Notes: a model not told the origin generated them from the letters alone. A stretch of 64,000 nt of DNA from Patescibacteria group bacterium (GCA_023474215.1 JAMCYI010000001.1:2836-66835); one strand, 5' to 3'. Shown: positions 18,148-28,111, numbered from the stretch's first letter. Program-made: numbers and translations.

Positions 18148-19067
18148 TGTGATTGCAAAGCGTTTTCAATCGATGTGATTTCGCCGTTCATCCAATCCTC
18201 GAACGAAAGAGTGGGCGGCTCGATGGTTTCGGTGATGGCAACGACGGGAATGCCCTCCGACGCAGCCAGTTTTTTCATGTTGTCCGTCAGTGGCGTTACC
18301 GTCTGTTTATTATAAACCAAAACTTTCACCGTGCCGCTTTTCAGTTGGTTTTCAAACTCGACAACCGCCGCCGGCGAAGGGCTGTTGCCTTCAGCGACGG
18401 CTTGGATGAATTCCGGCGGAGAGACCAAATCGAGTCCCGATGCTTGGGCAAGATATGAGAAGATATCCTCGGTCGCGGCGACTTCTGCCCCGGCAAATTT
18501 TGCCTTCATGTCGGCAATGTTCGATTGGTAAACCGCAAGCGACGACATGAGCCTCGCATAGTTTGCAGTATAATAAGAAGCATGCGCGGGATCGAGATAC
18601 GCGAGATCAGCTTCCATTTGCTTTGCCACCCTGTTTACGTACTCGGGATTGTACCAAAAGTGAGGATTGTCTCCCGACTTTTTACCGAGAAAACGGGCAA
18701 CATCCAAAACCACGCGACCCGGGTTGGATCCAGCGCCCACGAGTTTTCCCATCCAGCTGTCGTATCCGGCGCCGTTTTCAATCACGTAATTCGCCGTCGC
18801 GACCGCGCGCGCCGTTGAAGCATTGCTCTCATATTCATGCGGATCGGCATTCGGGTCCGAAACGATACTCAAAACATCCACCTGAGAACCGCCGATTTGG
18901 GAAACCAAACTGCCCCAAAAATTTTCTGCGGCAACGATTCGAAGAACGCCGTTTGATGCCGTCGGCGCCGGAGAAGTGGGATGTCGCATCGCGAGGACAT
19001 ACGCGATAGTCGCAATGATCACTACACCAACGAGGGGATACAGCACCTTAAAGAGATCTTTTGTCAT
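18144..19067 (-). CDS. znuA: metal ABC transporter substrate-binding protein (TroA/ZnuA family)
   Basis: N-terminal anchor; NPHFWYNP motif typical of cluster-9 SBPs. Confidence 0.85.
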   Translation of the reverse strand: MTKDLFKVLYPLVGVVIIATIAYVLAMRHPTSPAPTASNGVLRIVAAENFWGSLVSQIGGSQVDVLSIVSDPNADPHEYESNASTARAVATANYVIENGAGYDSWMGKLVGAGSNPGRVVLDVARFLGKKSGDNPHFWYNPEYVNRVAKQMEADLAYLDPAHASYYTANYARLMSSLAVYQSNIADMKAKFAGAEVAATEDIFSYLAQASGLDLVSPPEFIQAVAEGNSPSPAAVVEFENQLKSGTVKVLVYNKQTVTPLTDNMKKLAASEGIPVVAITETIEPPTLSFEDWMNGEITSIENALQSQ

Positions 19068-19102
19068 TATATTAATCCTAGCGGCCAGCTATCAAACCGT
19101 CA

Positions 19103-19120
19103 AATTATTTGCAAATAATT
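19103..19120. promoter_or_regulatory. 18-bp perfect palindrome AATTATTTGCAAATAATT between divergent zur and znuA; candidate Zur/Fur box overlapping TATAAT (19127-19132)
   Basis: perfect 9-0-9 inverted repeat, AT-rich, in divergent promoter region. Confidence 0.65.
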
Positions 19121-19168
19121 CGCATTTATAATACCATAACCGGGATGCGGAAAAAAGGGGACGACAAA

Positions 19169-19576
19169 ATGATGCTCCGAAAAAGCGGCTGTAAGGTGAC
19201 GCCGGCACGACTCGCGATTTTGAATGTCTTTAAAAAAGCAAAAAAACCCTTGAGCGCACAGGAGGTTATTGAAACGCTTCACGAGACCGACCAAGCGACC
19301 GTCTATCGGACGCTCAAATCGCTCGAAGAAAAAGGGATCCTCCGACACATCGATCTCCGGCACAACCACGCCCACTACGAGCTTGCCGACCTTGCCGAGC
19401 ACCACCATCTTGTCTGCCTCGAATGCGGGAAGATCGAGATCGTACATCATTGCGGCATGGAGGAAACGCAAAACCGCATCGTGAGGTCCTCGAAGCATTT
19501 TGCCGAGATCAAACAGCACGCACTCGAGTTCTACGGTATTTGCAAGTCCTGCGCCGCGCGGCAAAAAAAGTTATAA
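19169..19576 (+). CDS. zur: Fur-family metalloregulator, probably Zur
   Basis: TPARLAILNVF...ATVYRTLKSLEEKGIL...HHHLVCLECGK; divergent from znuACB. Confidence 0.8.
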   Translation: MMLRKSGCKVTPARLAILNVFKKAKKPLSAQEVIETLHETDQATVYRTLKSLEEKGILRHIDLRHNHAHYELADLAEHHHLVCLECGKIEIVHHCGMEETQNRIVRSSKHFAEIKQHALEFYGICKSCAARQKKL

Positions 19577-19587
19577 TAAGAACCGAT

Positions 19588-21366
19588 ATGATCCGGGGGA
19601 AACGAAAAAAAGCCCTTCACGGGCTTACCATCATTTTCAAATACGTTAAACCGTACCAGAAGGTCATTACGGTGATCTCCGTTTTGAGCATTGTTTCGGC
19701 GATCGCGAACACCGCCGTGCCGTACTTCGCCGGGCGGATCATCGACAGCATCGTGAGCCAAAATCAGACATTTGCCCTCTTTGGAAAAGTAATGCCTCTC
19801 GTCTTCCTTTTTCTCGGTATTTGGATCGTCATCAAGTTCATCGCCGACGCATCGAGCTGGCAGATTGAACTGAAGCAAGAAAAACTCCTTTCACTTGTCG
19901 AAGCGGACTACATTGTAAAAGGAATGAGCAGGCTCCTCGAGCTTCCGCTCTCGTTCCACAAGGAACACAAGATGGGCGATACCATGGATCGGATCAACCG
20001 CGCTTCGAGCTGGCTCCAAAACATTTTGGGGAACGTCTTGATCGGCCTTGCTCCGCAGATCTTGAGCGTCGCGGGGGCGCTTGCGGTAACCTTCGCCATC
20101 AAGCCGATCCTAACATCGTTGATCCTCGTCGCCGTCGTGATCTATGTCTTTATCCTTTTCAACGTGGCGCCGAAGCTTTCGGCGCTCCAGAGGAAGATGC
20201 ACCATGCTTACAACCAGGCCTACGGCGACGCGTATGACGCCGTCATGAACGCACAAGCCGTGAAGCAAGCGACCGCCGAAGAGTACGAGCATAAAAAATC
20301 GTACAAAAATTTCAACTTGAAGGCCGCCAAGTTTTGGCAGGAATTCATCGGTATTTGGCAAAACATCAGCTTTTCCCAGCGCGTCATCATCATCGTTTCC
20401 CAGATCATCATTTACGCTTACGCGATCAACTCGATCTGGCAGGGGAGAATGACAATCGGCGAACTTGTCATGTTCAACGGCTATGCGGCGATGTTCTTCG
20501 GGCCGTTCGTCATCCTCGCTCAAAACTGGCAAACGTTCAACAATGGTCTTGTTGCCCTCGAGCGGGCAGAAAAGATCCTGACGCAGCCGACGGAAGTTTA
20601 CGTACCTGAAGCGCCCGTGATCCTCGAAAAACTGAAGGGGGGCGTCGAGTTCAAGAATGTGAGCTTTACTTATAAGAACAACAAGACGCCGACTTTGTCC
20701 GACGTAAGTTTTTCGGTCCATTCCGGGGAAATCATCGCACTCGTCGGAGAATCGGGCGTCGGGAAAACGACGCTTGTCGATCTCATCTCGAATTACATCC
20801 AGCCGACGGCGGGGGAAATTTACCTGGACGGCCACGACATCCGGAACATCGACCTCAAATTTTTGAGGACACAGATCGCCGTCGTTCCGCAGGAGATCAC
20901 GCTCTTCAATGAAACGGTCAAGCAGAACATCCGCTACGGCAACTTCTCCGCATCCGACCGGAAGGTACTGGAAGCCGCAAAGCTTGCCCACGCCGATGAC
21001 TTCATCAATACATTCCCCAAGCGATACAATCAGGTCGTCGGCGAGCGGGGCATCAAGCTTTCGACCGGCCAAAAGCAGCGCATCGCGATAGCCCGGGCGA
21101 TCCTGAAGGACCCCACGATCCTCATTCTCGACGAGCCGACATCGAGCTTGGATGCCCAATCGGAAAAATTCGTCATGGAAGCGCTCGAGAAACTCATGGA
21201 AGGAAGGACGACCTTCATCATCGCGCACCGCTTGAGCACGGTGAAAAAGGCGGATCGCATTTTCTTCCTCCACCGGGGGCATGTCGCGGAAGAGGGGACG
21301 CACGAAGAACTGATCCGAAAATCCGGCGGCCTCTACAAGAAGTTCTACGAGCTCCAGCAGCTGTGA
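19588..21366 (+). CDS. ABC exporter, fused permease/ATPase (MsbA-like)
   Basis: 6-TM N-half; GESGVGKTT, LSTGQKQRIAIARA, ILILDEPTSSLD. Confidence 0.85.
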   Translation: MIRGKRKKALHGLTIIFKYVKPYQKVITVISVLSIVSAIANTAVPYFAGRIIDSIVSQNQTFALFGKVMPLVFLFLGIWIVIKFIADASSWQIELKQEKLLSLVEADYIVKGMSRLLELPLSFHKEHKMGDTMDRINRASSWLQNILGNVLIGLAPQILSVAGALAVTFAIKPILTSLILVAVVIYVFILFNVAPKLSALQRKMHHAYNQAYGDAYDAVMNAQAVKQATAEEYEHKKSYKNFNLKAAKFWQEFIGIWQNISFSQRVIIIVSQIIIYAYAINSIWQGRMTIGELVMFNGYAAMFFGPFVILAQNWQTFNNGLVALERAEKILTQPTEVYVPEAPVILEKLKGGVEFKNVSFTYKNNKTPTLSDVSFSVHSGEIIALVGESGVGKTTLVDLISNYIQPTAGEIYLDGHDIRNIDLKFLRTQIAVVPQEITLFNETVKQNIRYGNFSASDRKVLEAAKLAHADDFINTFPKRYNQVVGERGIKLSTGQKQRIAIARAILKDPTILILDEPTSSLDAQSEKFVMEALEKLMEGRTTFIIAHRLSTVKKADRIFFLHRGHVAEEGTHEELIRKSGGLYKKFYELQQL

Positions 21367-21378
21367 TATACTTTACAT

Positions 21379-21984
21379 ATGTTCGAACTACCCAAATTAC
21401 CATACTCCTACGACGCGCTCGAGCCCCATATCGACGCGAAAACGATGGAGATCCACTATACCAAGCACCATGCGGGGTATGTGGCGAAGCTGAACGATGC
21501 GCTCGCCGGTTTTCCGGAGCTGCAGAAGAAAACGGTGCGGGAATTGGTCGAAGAACTCCAAAACATGCCGGATTCGGTGAAGTCGGCGGTCAAAAACCAC
21601 GGCGGCGGCCATTTCAACCATTCGCTCTTTTGGGAACTTATGAAACCCCAAGGCGGAGGAACACCGACGGGGGAGCTTTCGAGCGCGATAACGGCGACCT
21701 TCGGCAGTTTCGAAAAGTTCCAAGAAGAGTTCACGAAAGCCGCCGCGGGCGTCTTCGGAAGCGGCTGGGCGTGGCTTGCCATGAGCGACAAGGAAGGATT
21801 GAAGGTCATCCAAACATCGAATCAGGAAAACCCGATATCGAGCGGGATGAGACCCATCCTTGCGATCGACGTGTGGGAGCATGCCTACTATTTGAAATAC
21901 CAGAACCGCCGGCCCGATTACATTACCGCTTGGTGGAACGTGGTGAATTGGGACCAGGCAAACTCGAATTTTACCGCGCATTAG
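21379..21984 (+). CDS. sodA: Fe/Mn superoxide dismutase
   Basis: [16 protein letters not shown]...HYTKHH; DVWEHAYY. Confidence 0.95.
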   Translation: MFELPKLPYSYDALEPHIDAKTMEIHYTKHHAGYVAKLNDALAGFPELQKKTVRELVEELQNMPDSVKSAVKNHGGGHFNHSLFWELMKPQGGGTPTGELSSAITATFGSFEKFQEEFTKAAAGVFGSGWAWLAMSDKEGLKVIQTSNQENPISSGMRPILAIDVWEHAYYLKYQNRRPDYITAWWNVVNWDQANSNFTAH

Positions 21985-22050
21985 CTGGCAAAGACCTGCG
22001 TTTTGTGATACAATAGATCTTATAAGAGAGGTCAAAAGCCCTTATTTTTT

Positions 22051-24051
22051 ATGGTGAAAATACAAATAAACAAAGAGAAGGAAACGCCAAAAAAAGAGCC
22101 GAAACGAGAATCAAAAGAAGAGCCGAAGAAGGCCGAAAAGCCGAAAGAAAAGGAAGCTTCATACAGCGCGAAGAGCATTTATGTTTTGGAAGGCCTTGAA
22201 CCGGTCCGAAAGCGTCCGGGCATGTACATCGGCTCCACGGGCGTCGACGGCCTTCACCACTTGATCTGGGAGGTCGTCGACAACTCCATCGACGAAGCGA
22301 TGGTCGGCTACGCTAAAAATATCGTGGTCGAGCTCTTGAAGAACAACCGCGTCGCCGTCACCGACGACGGCCGCGGCATCCCCGTTGATATCCATCCGCA
22401 AACCAAGAAATCAGCCCTCGAAACGGTTTTAACGACGCTCCATGCCGGCGGCAAATTCGGCGGCGATTCGTACAAGGTTTCCGGCGGTCTTCACGGCGTC
22501 GGCGTCTCGGTCGTGAACGCTCTCTCGACGTGGCTCCGCGTCGAAGTTTACCGCGACAACACGGTCTACTTCCAGGAATACAAGCGGGGGAAACCCGAAT
22601 TCGCCGTGAAGAAGAACGGCAAATCGACCCACACGGGAACGAAGGTCATTTTTGACGCAGACCCGGAAATCTTTCAAAAAGTGGAATACGACCGGAAGCG
22701 GATCATCGATCACCTCCGTCAGCAGGCATATCTCACGAAAGGCGTCCGCATCACGGTCGTCGACGAGCGGGGGGACGAGCCATACCGCTATGGTTTCTAT
22801 TTTGACGGCGGATTGAAATCGTTTTTGAGCTACTTGGTGGACGGCGAAACGCCCATCCAAGACGAATTCTTTTACGTCCATAAAACATACCAGGACATCG
22901 AGGTGGAAGCGGCGATCACGTATATCGACGATCAAGAAGCGAGGGAATTGAGCTTCGCGAACAATATTTATACATCCGACGGCGGTATGCACTTGACCGG
23001 CCTTCGATCGGCCATGACGAGAAGTTTGAACGATTATGCAAAGAAAGAAGAATACATTAAGAACGGCGATGACGGCTTGACCGGCGACGATATTCGGGAA
23101 GGGGTCGTTTCGATCGTTTCCATCAAGATCCATGAACCGCAGTTCGAAGGACAAACGAAAGCGAGACTCGGCAATCCCGAAGCAAGGACGGTGGTCGAGT
23201 CGGTCGTGAACGAAGCCCTGAAAGAATTCTTGGAAAAGCATCCGCAGGACGCGAAAAAGATCATTGAAAAAAACCTGATCGCCGCGAAGGCCAGGAAAGC
23301 GGCGAAAGCGGCGAAGGACACGGTCCTCCGGAAGGGGGCGCTCGAAGGATTGACGCTGCCCGGCAAACTCGCCGACTGCTCGTCCCGGAAGGCCGAAGAA
23401 TCGGAACTTTTCATCGTCGAGGGAGATTCGGCCGGCGGCTCCGCCAAACAAGGACGCGACCGGAGATTCCAAGCGATCCTTCCGCTCCGCGGCAAGATCA
23501 TGAACGTGGAAAAATCGAGGATCGACAAAATGCTCGTCAACAAGGAGATCCGCTCGCTCGTGATCGCCCTCGGAACCGCCATTTCCGAAAATTTCGACAT
23601 CTCGAAACTCCGCTACCATAAGATCGTCATCATGACGGATGCCGATGTCGACGGTGCGCACATCCGGACGCTGCTTTTGACCCTCTTCTACCGCTACTTT
23701 CCGAAGATCATGGAAGACGGCTACATTTACATCGCCCAGCCGCCGCTTTTCCGCGTCCAAAAGGGGAAAGAATTCCAGTATGCCTACAGCGACGGTGAAC
23801 GCGACAAGCTCATCAAGAAGATGGGCGGCGACGGCGTTTCGATCCAGCGCTACAAGGGCCTCGGGGAAATGAACCCCGAACAGCTGTGGGAAACAACCAT
23901 GAATCCAGCGACGCGGCTCATGAAAAAGATAGCCATTGACGACGCCGTCGAAGCGAATCGCATGTTCGACATTTTAATGGGGGAGCTTGTCGAACCGCGC
24001 AAGAATTTCATCCAAGCGAACGCCGTTTACGCAAAAAACATCGATATTTAG
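22051..24051 (+). CDS. gyrB: DNA gyrase subunit B (K/E-rich N-terminal extension)
   Basis: YSAKSIYVLEGLEPVRKRPGMYIGST, HHLIWEVVDNSIDE, TOPRIM and C-terminal domains. Confidence 0.95.
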   Translation: MVKIQINKEKETPKKEPKRESKEEPKKAEKPKEKEASYSAKSIYVLEGLEPVRKRPGMYIGSTGVDGLHHLIWEVVDNSIDEAMVGYAKNIVVELLKNNRVAVTDDGRGIPVDIHPQTKKSALETVLTTLHAGGKFGGDSYKVSGGLHGVGVSVVNALSTWLRVEVYRDNTVYFQEYKRGKPEFAVKKNGKSTHTGTKVIFDADPEIFQKVEYDRKRIIDHLRQQAYLTKGVRITVVDERGDEPYRYGFYFDGGLKSFLSYLVDGETPIQDEFFYVHKTYQDIEVEAAITYIDDQEARELSFANNIYTSDGGMHLTGLRSAMTRSLNDYAKKEEYIKNGDDGLTGDDIREGVVSIVSIKIHEPQFEGQTKARLGNPEARTVVESVVNEALKEFLEKHPQDAKKIIEKNLIAAKARKAAKAAKDTVLRKGALEGLTLPGKLADCSSRKAEESELFIVEGDSAGGSAKQGRDRRFQAILPLRGKIMNVEKSRIDKMLVNKEIRSLVIALGTAISENFDISKLRYHKIVIMTDADVDGAHIRTLLLTLFYRYFPKIMEDGYIYIAQPPLFRVQKGKEFQYAYSDGERDKLIKKMGGDGVSIQRYKGLGEMNPEQLWETTMNPATRLMKKIAIDDAVEANRMFDILMGELVEPRKNFIQANAVYAKNIDI

Positions 24052-24052
24052 G

Positions 24053-24079
24053 AATTCCAAAATCCAAATTCCAAATCAA
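24053..24079. repeat. AAWTCCA heptamer tandem repeat (about 3.5 units) directly after gyrB stop, followed by hairpin ccaaatcaa/ttgatttgg
   Basis: direct reading. Confidence 0.7.
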
Positions 24080-24216
24080 TGAGGGTTGATTTGGTATTTG
24101 ACATTTGAGCTTCGACATTATAGTATTGAATTGTTCCGTAGATAGCAGGGGCCGCAAGGCTTAATCATCCTGCCGAGGAAGAAACTTCTGGGAAGTCGGT
24201 CGATTCTTCTTGAAAA

Positions 24217-24238
24217 CTGCGGAAACGCAGATTTTTTG
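24217..24238 (+). promoter_or_regulatory. rplJ leader hairpin ctgcg-gaaa-cgcag + TTTTTTG (attenuator/L10-leader-like)
   Basis: GNRA hairpin + T-run 5 nt upstream of rplJ ATG. Confidence 0.5.
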
Positions 24239-24242
24239 TTAT

Positions 24243-24740
24243 ATGAAAACAAAAGCGCAAAAAAAGGAACAAATCGAAACGGGAAAAGGGGAACTCGATA
24301 AAAGCGAAACCGTCGTCTTCACCGATTTCACCGGCCTCTCGGCGAATGATTTGAACGTGTTTCGAAAACTCGTCCGGGGACTCGGGGGCGTCATGGTCGT
24401 CATGAAAAAGCGGCTCTTGACCCTCGCGCTGAAAGAGAAAGGCATCGACTTCGATGCAAAAAAACTCGAAGGCCAAGTCGGCGTCGTGTTTTCGCCGAAA
24501 GATTCGGTCGAGACCGCAAACGTCGTCTATCAATTCGGCAAACCGTTCAGAGCAAAAAATATCTTCAATATTTTGGGCGGCTTCGAGGTCAAAGGGAAGC
24601 GGTTCATGGAAAAAGCGGAAGTCGAAACGCTCGGTCAGCTTCCGTCACGCGAAGTCCTCCTGGGACAGCTTGCGTTCATGCTCACCGTTCCGATCAAGAA
24701 AGTTCTTTTCGTTTTGAACGAAAAGGCAAAACAACAATAA
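24243..24740 (+). CDS. rplJ: 50S ribosomal protein L10
   Basis: [32 protein letters not shown]. Confidence 0.9.
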   Translation: MKTKAQKKEQIETGKGELDKSETVVFTDFTGLSANDLNVFRKLVRGLGGVMVVMKKRLLTLALKEKGIDFDAKKLEGQVGVVFSPKDSVETANVVYQFGKPFRAKNIFNILGGFEVKGKRFMEKAEVETLGQLPSREVLLGQLAFMLTVPIKKVLFVLNEKAKQQ

Positions 24741-24762
24741 AGGTCAATTCATTCAAACTATC

Positions 24763-25128
24763 ATGGAAAAATTCAACGACATCATAGAAAAGATCGAGAA
24801 GCTCTCGGTCATCGAACTTTCCGAGCTCGTCAAAGCGCTCGAAGAGAAGTTCGGCGTCTCGGCTGCGGCAATGGCCGTCGCGGGACCGGCGAACGGGGGA
24901 GCAGCCGCGGAGGAAAAGACCTCCTGGGGTGTGATGCTCAAAGCCGCCGGCGATCAGAAGATCAACGTCATCAAGGTCATCCGCGAAGCGACTGGCTTGG
25001 GCCTCAAAGAGGCTAAGGACGTCGCAGACGGAGCCCCGAAGCTCGTCAAAGAGGGGTTGAAGAAAGAAGAAGCCGAAGAACTCAAGAAGAAGCTCGAGGA
25101 AGTCGGCGCAACCGCGGAGCTGCAATAA
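24763..25128 (+). CDS. rplL: 50S ribosomal protein L7/L12
   Basis: [25 protein letters not shown]...[16 protein letters not shown]. Confidence 0.95.
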   Translation: MEKFNDIIEKIEKLSVIELSELVKALEEKFGVSAAAMAVAGPANGGAAAEEKTSWGVMLKAAGDQKINVIKVIREATGLGLKEAKDVADGAPKLVKEGLKKEEAEELKKKLEEVGATAELQ

Positions 25129-25149
25129 AAGCAGTTCAGTATATATCTA

Positions 25150-25190
25150 CCCTCCCAAGTTTCACGTTGAAATTTGGGAGGGTTTGATTT
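25150..25190 (+). terminator. rplJL operon terminator (ccctcccaa...ttgggaggg + TTTGATTT)
   Basis: long perfect stem followed by T-rich run. Confidence 0.7.
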
Positions 25191-25324
25191 AACTTTAAGG
25201 GTATCGGGCGTTTAGCGAGGTGGGTTGAAAGCAAATGGTTTTGCTTTCAACGGGCGAATTCTTTTGCTCAAATATACAACACTTCGCCCAGGAAGATCGT
25301 TGCGCACGCCCCGCGCCAAAAATT

Positions 25325-25396
25325 GCACCCTTAGTTTAGTGGTAGAACGTCGCATTCACATTGCGAAGATCGCAGGTTCGATCCCTGCAGGGTGCA
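25325..25396 (+). tRNA. tRNA-Val (anticodon CAC)
   Basis: cloverleaf: acceptor gcaccct/agggtgc, anticodon loop ttCACat, T-arm gcagg-ttcgatc-cctgc. Confidence 0.8.
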
Positions 25397-25419
25397 CAGC
25401 AATTTTGGTGCGGGGCAGG

Positions 25420-25458
25420 TTGCAAAGATCGCTGGTTCGATCCCAGCAACGCCCACCA
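25420..25458 (+). pseudogene. tRNA 3' fragment (anticodon-stem 3' half + variable + T-arm + acceptor 3' + CCA), homologous to 3' part of tRNA-Val, abutting ATG of next gene
   Basis: ttgcaaagatcgctggttcgatcccagcaacgcccacca aligns to ttgcgaagatcgcaggttcgatccctgcagggtgca; no matching 5' half. Confidence 0.45.
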
Positions 25459-26082
25459 ATGGATAACCTTTGCACCATCTACCTCGTAAGGCACGGAGAA
25501 TCGGAAGGAAACATCGGCAAGGTCGTTGGAGGAAATCCTGCCCTCACGGAAAACGGCAAAAAACAGGCGGCCAAAACGGCACAAAAACTGAAAGACGTTC
25601 GCTTTGACGCCGTTTTTTCTTCGAACCTCCTGCGAGCAAAGCAAACGGCAGAGATCATAGCCCTCGAAAAGAAACTCGCCGTCGAAACGCGGGATATCAT
25701 CCGAGAGCGGAGTTACGGTTCACTCGACGGGACGGACGCCGATAAGTTCGGGGAACTCATCAGGGAAGCTCGAGCAAACCTCGGCAAGCTCGCCGGCGCG
25801 GTGAAGTTCCACAATACCTACCCCGAAGGCGTTGAAAACAACATCGATCTTGCAAGCCGCATGATAACTTTTCTTCGGGAGATCGCATCGGCATATGCGG
25901 GGAAAACGGTCCTTGTCGTGAGCCATGGCGGGATCATGCGCGCATTCCTCATTCACCTCGGCTTCGGCACCTATCAAAATTTCAAATCGATGGACATTGG
26001 AAACACTGCCTTCGTGAAGATCGCGACCGACGGCGTTGAATTCAAAATACTCGAAACGGACGGCATCAAAATCCCCGCATAA
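25459..26082 (+). CDS. histidine phosphatase (phosphoglycerate mutase-like) family protein
   Basis: IYLVRHGESEGN RHG motif; SHGG near C-terminus. Confidence 0.75.
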   Translation: MDNLCTIYLVRHGESEGNIGKVVGGNPALTENGKKQAAKTAQKLKDVRFDAVFSSNLLRAKQTAEIIALEKKLAVETRDIIRERSYGSLDGTDADKFGELIREARANLGKLAGAVKFHNTYPEGVENNIDLASRMITFLREIASAYAGKTVLVVSHGGIMRAFLIHLGFGTYQNFKSMDIGNTAFVKIATDGVEFKILETDGIKIPA

Positions 26083-26155
26083 AAATTTGACAGGGCATCG
26101 ATCTAGTTATATAACAACAAGCGAGTTTCCGAGAACATTTACAAAGGAGGCATCG

Positions 26156-26533
26156 ATGATCGACGTCATTAACAAATACGAAGCCGGGGTGAAAAACCGG
26201 GAAATGTTCGAACTCTTTCTGAAAGAGTTCGAAGCGAAGCAGATTGGCATCTTGAACAGCGAAGAATTGTCCGATCCGCTCGCGACTCCGAAATTCGGAG
26301 AAGCGAAGGACGGGCAATTCCTTGCCATCGAGAAAGACGGAAAGATATTTATCTTTCCGAATCCCGCCGTGAAGGTCGACCGCGTGACCGTTGCCGAGCA
26401 AGAGACGATCTTTTTCGTCGACGTTCGGGAGATACGGCACGGACAATCATTTCATGTCGTGAAACCCGGCATCCTAAAAAGGGTCGACGGCTCGTTCGAA
26501 AGAACAGAGCGCGGGAGACTCTGTGTATACTGA
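26156..26533 (+). CDS. hypothetical protein (~125 aa)
   Basis: ORF with RBS-like aaggagg upstream. Confidence 0.4.
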   Translation: MIDVINKYEAGVKNREMFELFLKEFEAKQIGILNSEELSDPLATPKFGEAKDGQFLAIEKDGKIFIFPNPAVKVDRVTVAEQETIFFVDVREIRHGQSFHVVKPGILKRVDGSFERTERGRLCVY

Positions 26534-26548
26534 CTTCGCATAACGTTA

Positions 26549-26590
26549 TCCCGGATCCTGCACTCGCTGCGGAATCCGGGATACTTTTTT
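26549..26590 (+). terminator. terminator tcccggat...atccggga + TACTTTTTT
   Basis: 8-bp stem, T-run. Confidence 0.6.
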
Positions 26591-26670
26591 CTACAATTTG
26601 AAAGTGGGGAATCCCCACAAGTCAACTGTTGATAACTCATCACGAGAAAGTAAGATAAAACCTAATGAAT

Positions 26671-26692
26671 CCGCCAATATGGCGGTTTTTTT
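26671..26692 (+). terminator. terminator ccgccaatatggcgg + TTTTTTT
   Basis: perfect hairpin + 7 T. Confidence 0.7.
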
Positions 26693-26723
26693 GTGTTGGG
26701 AGTGGTGGTATAATGGTACATAA

Positions 26724-26756
26724 GAGTGGTGAGAAGTGGATAAGTTTGTGGATAAC
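26724..26756 (+). promoter_or_regulatory. three GTGG(A) direct repeats at about 10-bp spacing upstream of mraZ; candidate MraZ operator, with TATAAT at 26709-26714
   Basis: gaGTGGtgag aaGTGGATAAg tttGTGGATAAc; resembles MraZ-box architecture. Confidence 0.55.
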
Positions 26757-26788
26757 TCGCCAATCTGGGGAAAACTGAGATTTTCAAC

Positions 26789-27220
26789 ATGATACTGGGA
26801 GAATACAAACACAGCTTAGATATTAAAGGTCGGGTGGCGGTACCGGCCAAATTCAGGGAAAAAATAGAGGCCGGTGCCATTATTACGAGGGGCTTGGACA
26901 AATGCTTGTTCATGTTCGGCGCAAAAGAGTGGGAAACGCTCGTTCAAAAATTGATGTCGCTGCCATTGGCTCAATCGAACTCTCGAGCGTTCGTGCGTTT
27001 GATGCTCGCAGGAGCATCGGACGTCACGTTCGATAATCAGGGGAGAATCTTGATCCCCGAATATTTGCGGAAATATGCCGGACTCAAAAAACAAGTCGTC
27101 TTGACCGGCCTCTTTAACAGAATTGAAATTTGGGACTCGGCCGAATGGGACACTTACAAAACAAAGACCGAGTCATCTTCAGATGAAATAGCCGAGAAGC
27201 TCGGGGAACTGGGAATATAG
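26789..27220 (+). CDS. mraZ: transcriptional regulator MraZ
   Basis: MILGEYKHSLDIKGRVAVPAKFRE; two MraZ repeats. Confidence 0.9.
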   Translation: MILGEYKHSLDIKGRVAVPAKFREKIEAGAIITRGLDKCLFMFGAKEWETLVQKLMSLPLAQSNSRAFVRLMLAGASDVTFDNQGRILIPEYLRKYAGLKKQVVLTGLFNRIEIWDSAEWDTYKTKTESSSDEIAEKLGELGI

Positions 27221-27222
27221 CC

Positions 27223-28107
27223 ATGTCCCACGTTCCCGTTCTTTTAAACGAAGCAATAGAGATCTTGGACCCGCAGAAAGGGGAATTCTTCATCGACGGC
27301 ACGTTCGGAGAAGGAGGCCACGCAAAAGAAATCTTGGAACGGCTGACGCCCGGAGGAACACTCCTCGGCATCGATTGGGATCGGGAGATCTTGGAACGAA
27401 ATGCCGATTTGCCGAATCGATGGCCGGAGAATACGGTCATTTTGGAAAACGGAAATTATGCCGATATCCCGCGCATATTGAAAGACCACTATCTCGCGAA
27501 AGCCGACGGTATGATCGTCGATCTTGGATTCTCTTCCTGGCACATCGACGAATCGAAAAGAGGATTCAGCTTTGCGAAGGACGAACCGCTCGACATGCGG
27601 TATAACCCGGAAAGGAACGACCGAACTGCTTACGAAGTCGTGAATTCGCTCCCCGAAGGCGAACTTGCCGATGTGATCTACCGATACGGCGAGGAGCGGA
27701 ATTCTCGGAGGATCGCGAAGCGGATCGTCGAAGAGCGGCGGAAGAAAAAGATCCAGACGGCTCACGAGCTTTCCGAGATCGTGAATTCGGTATTCCGTTT
27801 CAAGGGCGGAAAACTGAGCCCTGCGACCAAAACCTTCCAAGCGATCAGGATCTACGTGAATGGGGAATTCGAGAATATCCGGGAACTCCTTGGATCGCTC
27901 CCGGAGATCCTGAAACCCGGAGGGCGGCTGGGAGTCATCACCTTCCATTCCTTGGAAGACAAACTGGTCAAAGATGCATTCAAACTGCTTCATCAAAAGG
28001 GACAAATAGATTTTTTAAACAAGAAAGTAATAAAACCGGGACGCGAAGAGATCATAAAAAATCCCAAAAGCCGTTCCGCAAAGCTCAGAGGAATAAAAAT
28101 AAAATAA
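27223..28107 (+). CDS. rsmH: 16S rRNA (cytosine1402-N4)-methyltransferase RsmH
   Basis: HVPVLLNEAIEIL...DGTFGEGGHA. Confidence 0.9.
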   Translation: MSHVPVLLNEAIEILDPQKGEFFIDGTFGEGGHAKEILERLTPGGTLLGIDWDREILERNADLPNRWPENTVILENGNYADIPRILKDHYLAKADGMIVDLGFSSWHIDESKRGFSFAKDEPLDMRYNPERNDRTAYEVVNSLPEGELADVIYRYGEERNSRRIAKRIVEERRKKKIQTAHELSEIVNSVFRFKGGKLSPATKTFQAIRIYVNGEFENIRELLGSLPEILKPGGRLGVITFHSLEDKLVKDAFKLLHQKGQIDFLNKKVIKPGREEIIKNPKSRSAKLRGIKIK

Positions 28108-28111
28108 AAAC

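Noticed and set aside
20110-21303. 397-aa minus-strand ORF
   Set aside because: Antisense to ABC exporter with clear Walker motifs on plus strand
22429-23760. 443-aa minus-strand ORF
   Set aside because: Antisense to gyrB
25397-25458. Second complete tRNA after tRNA-Val
   Set aside because: No acceptor 5' strand or D-arm can be paired; only the 3' half is tRNA-like, so called a fragment
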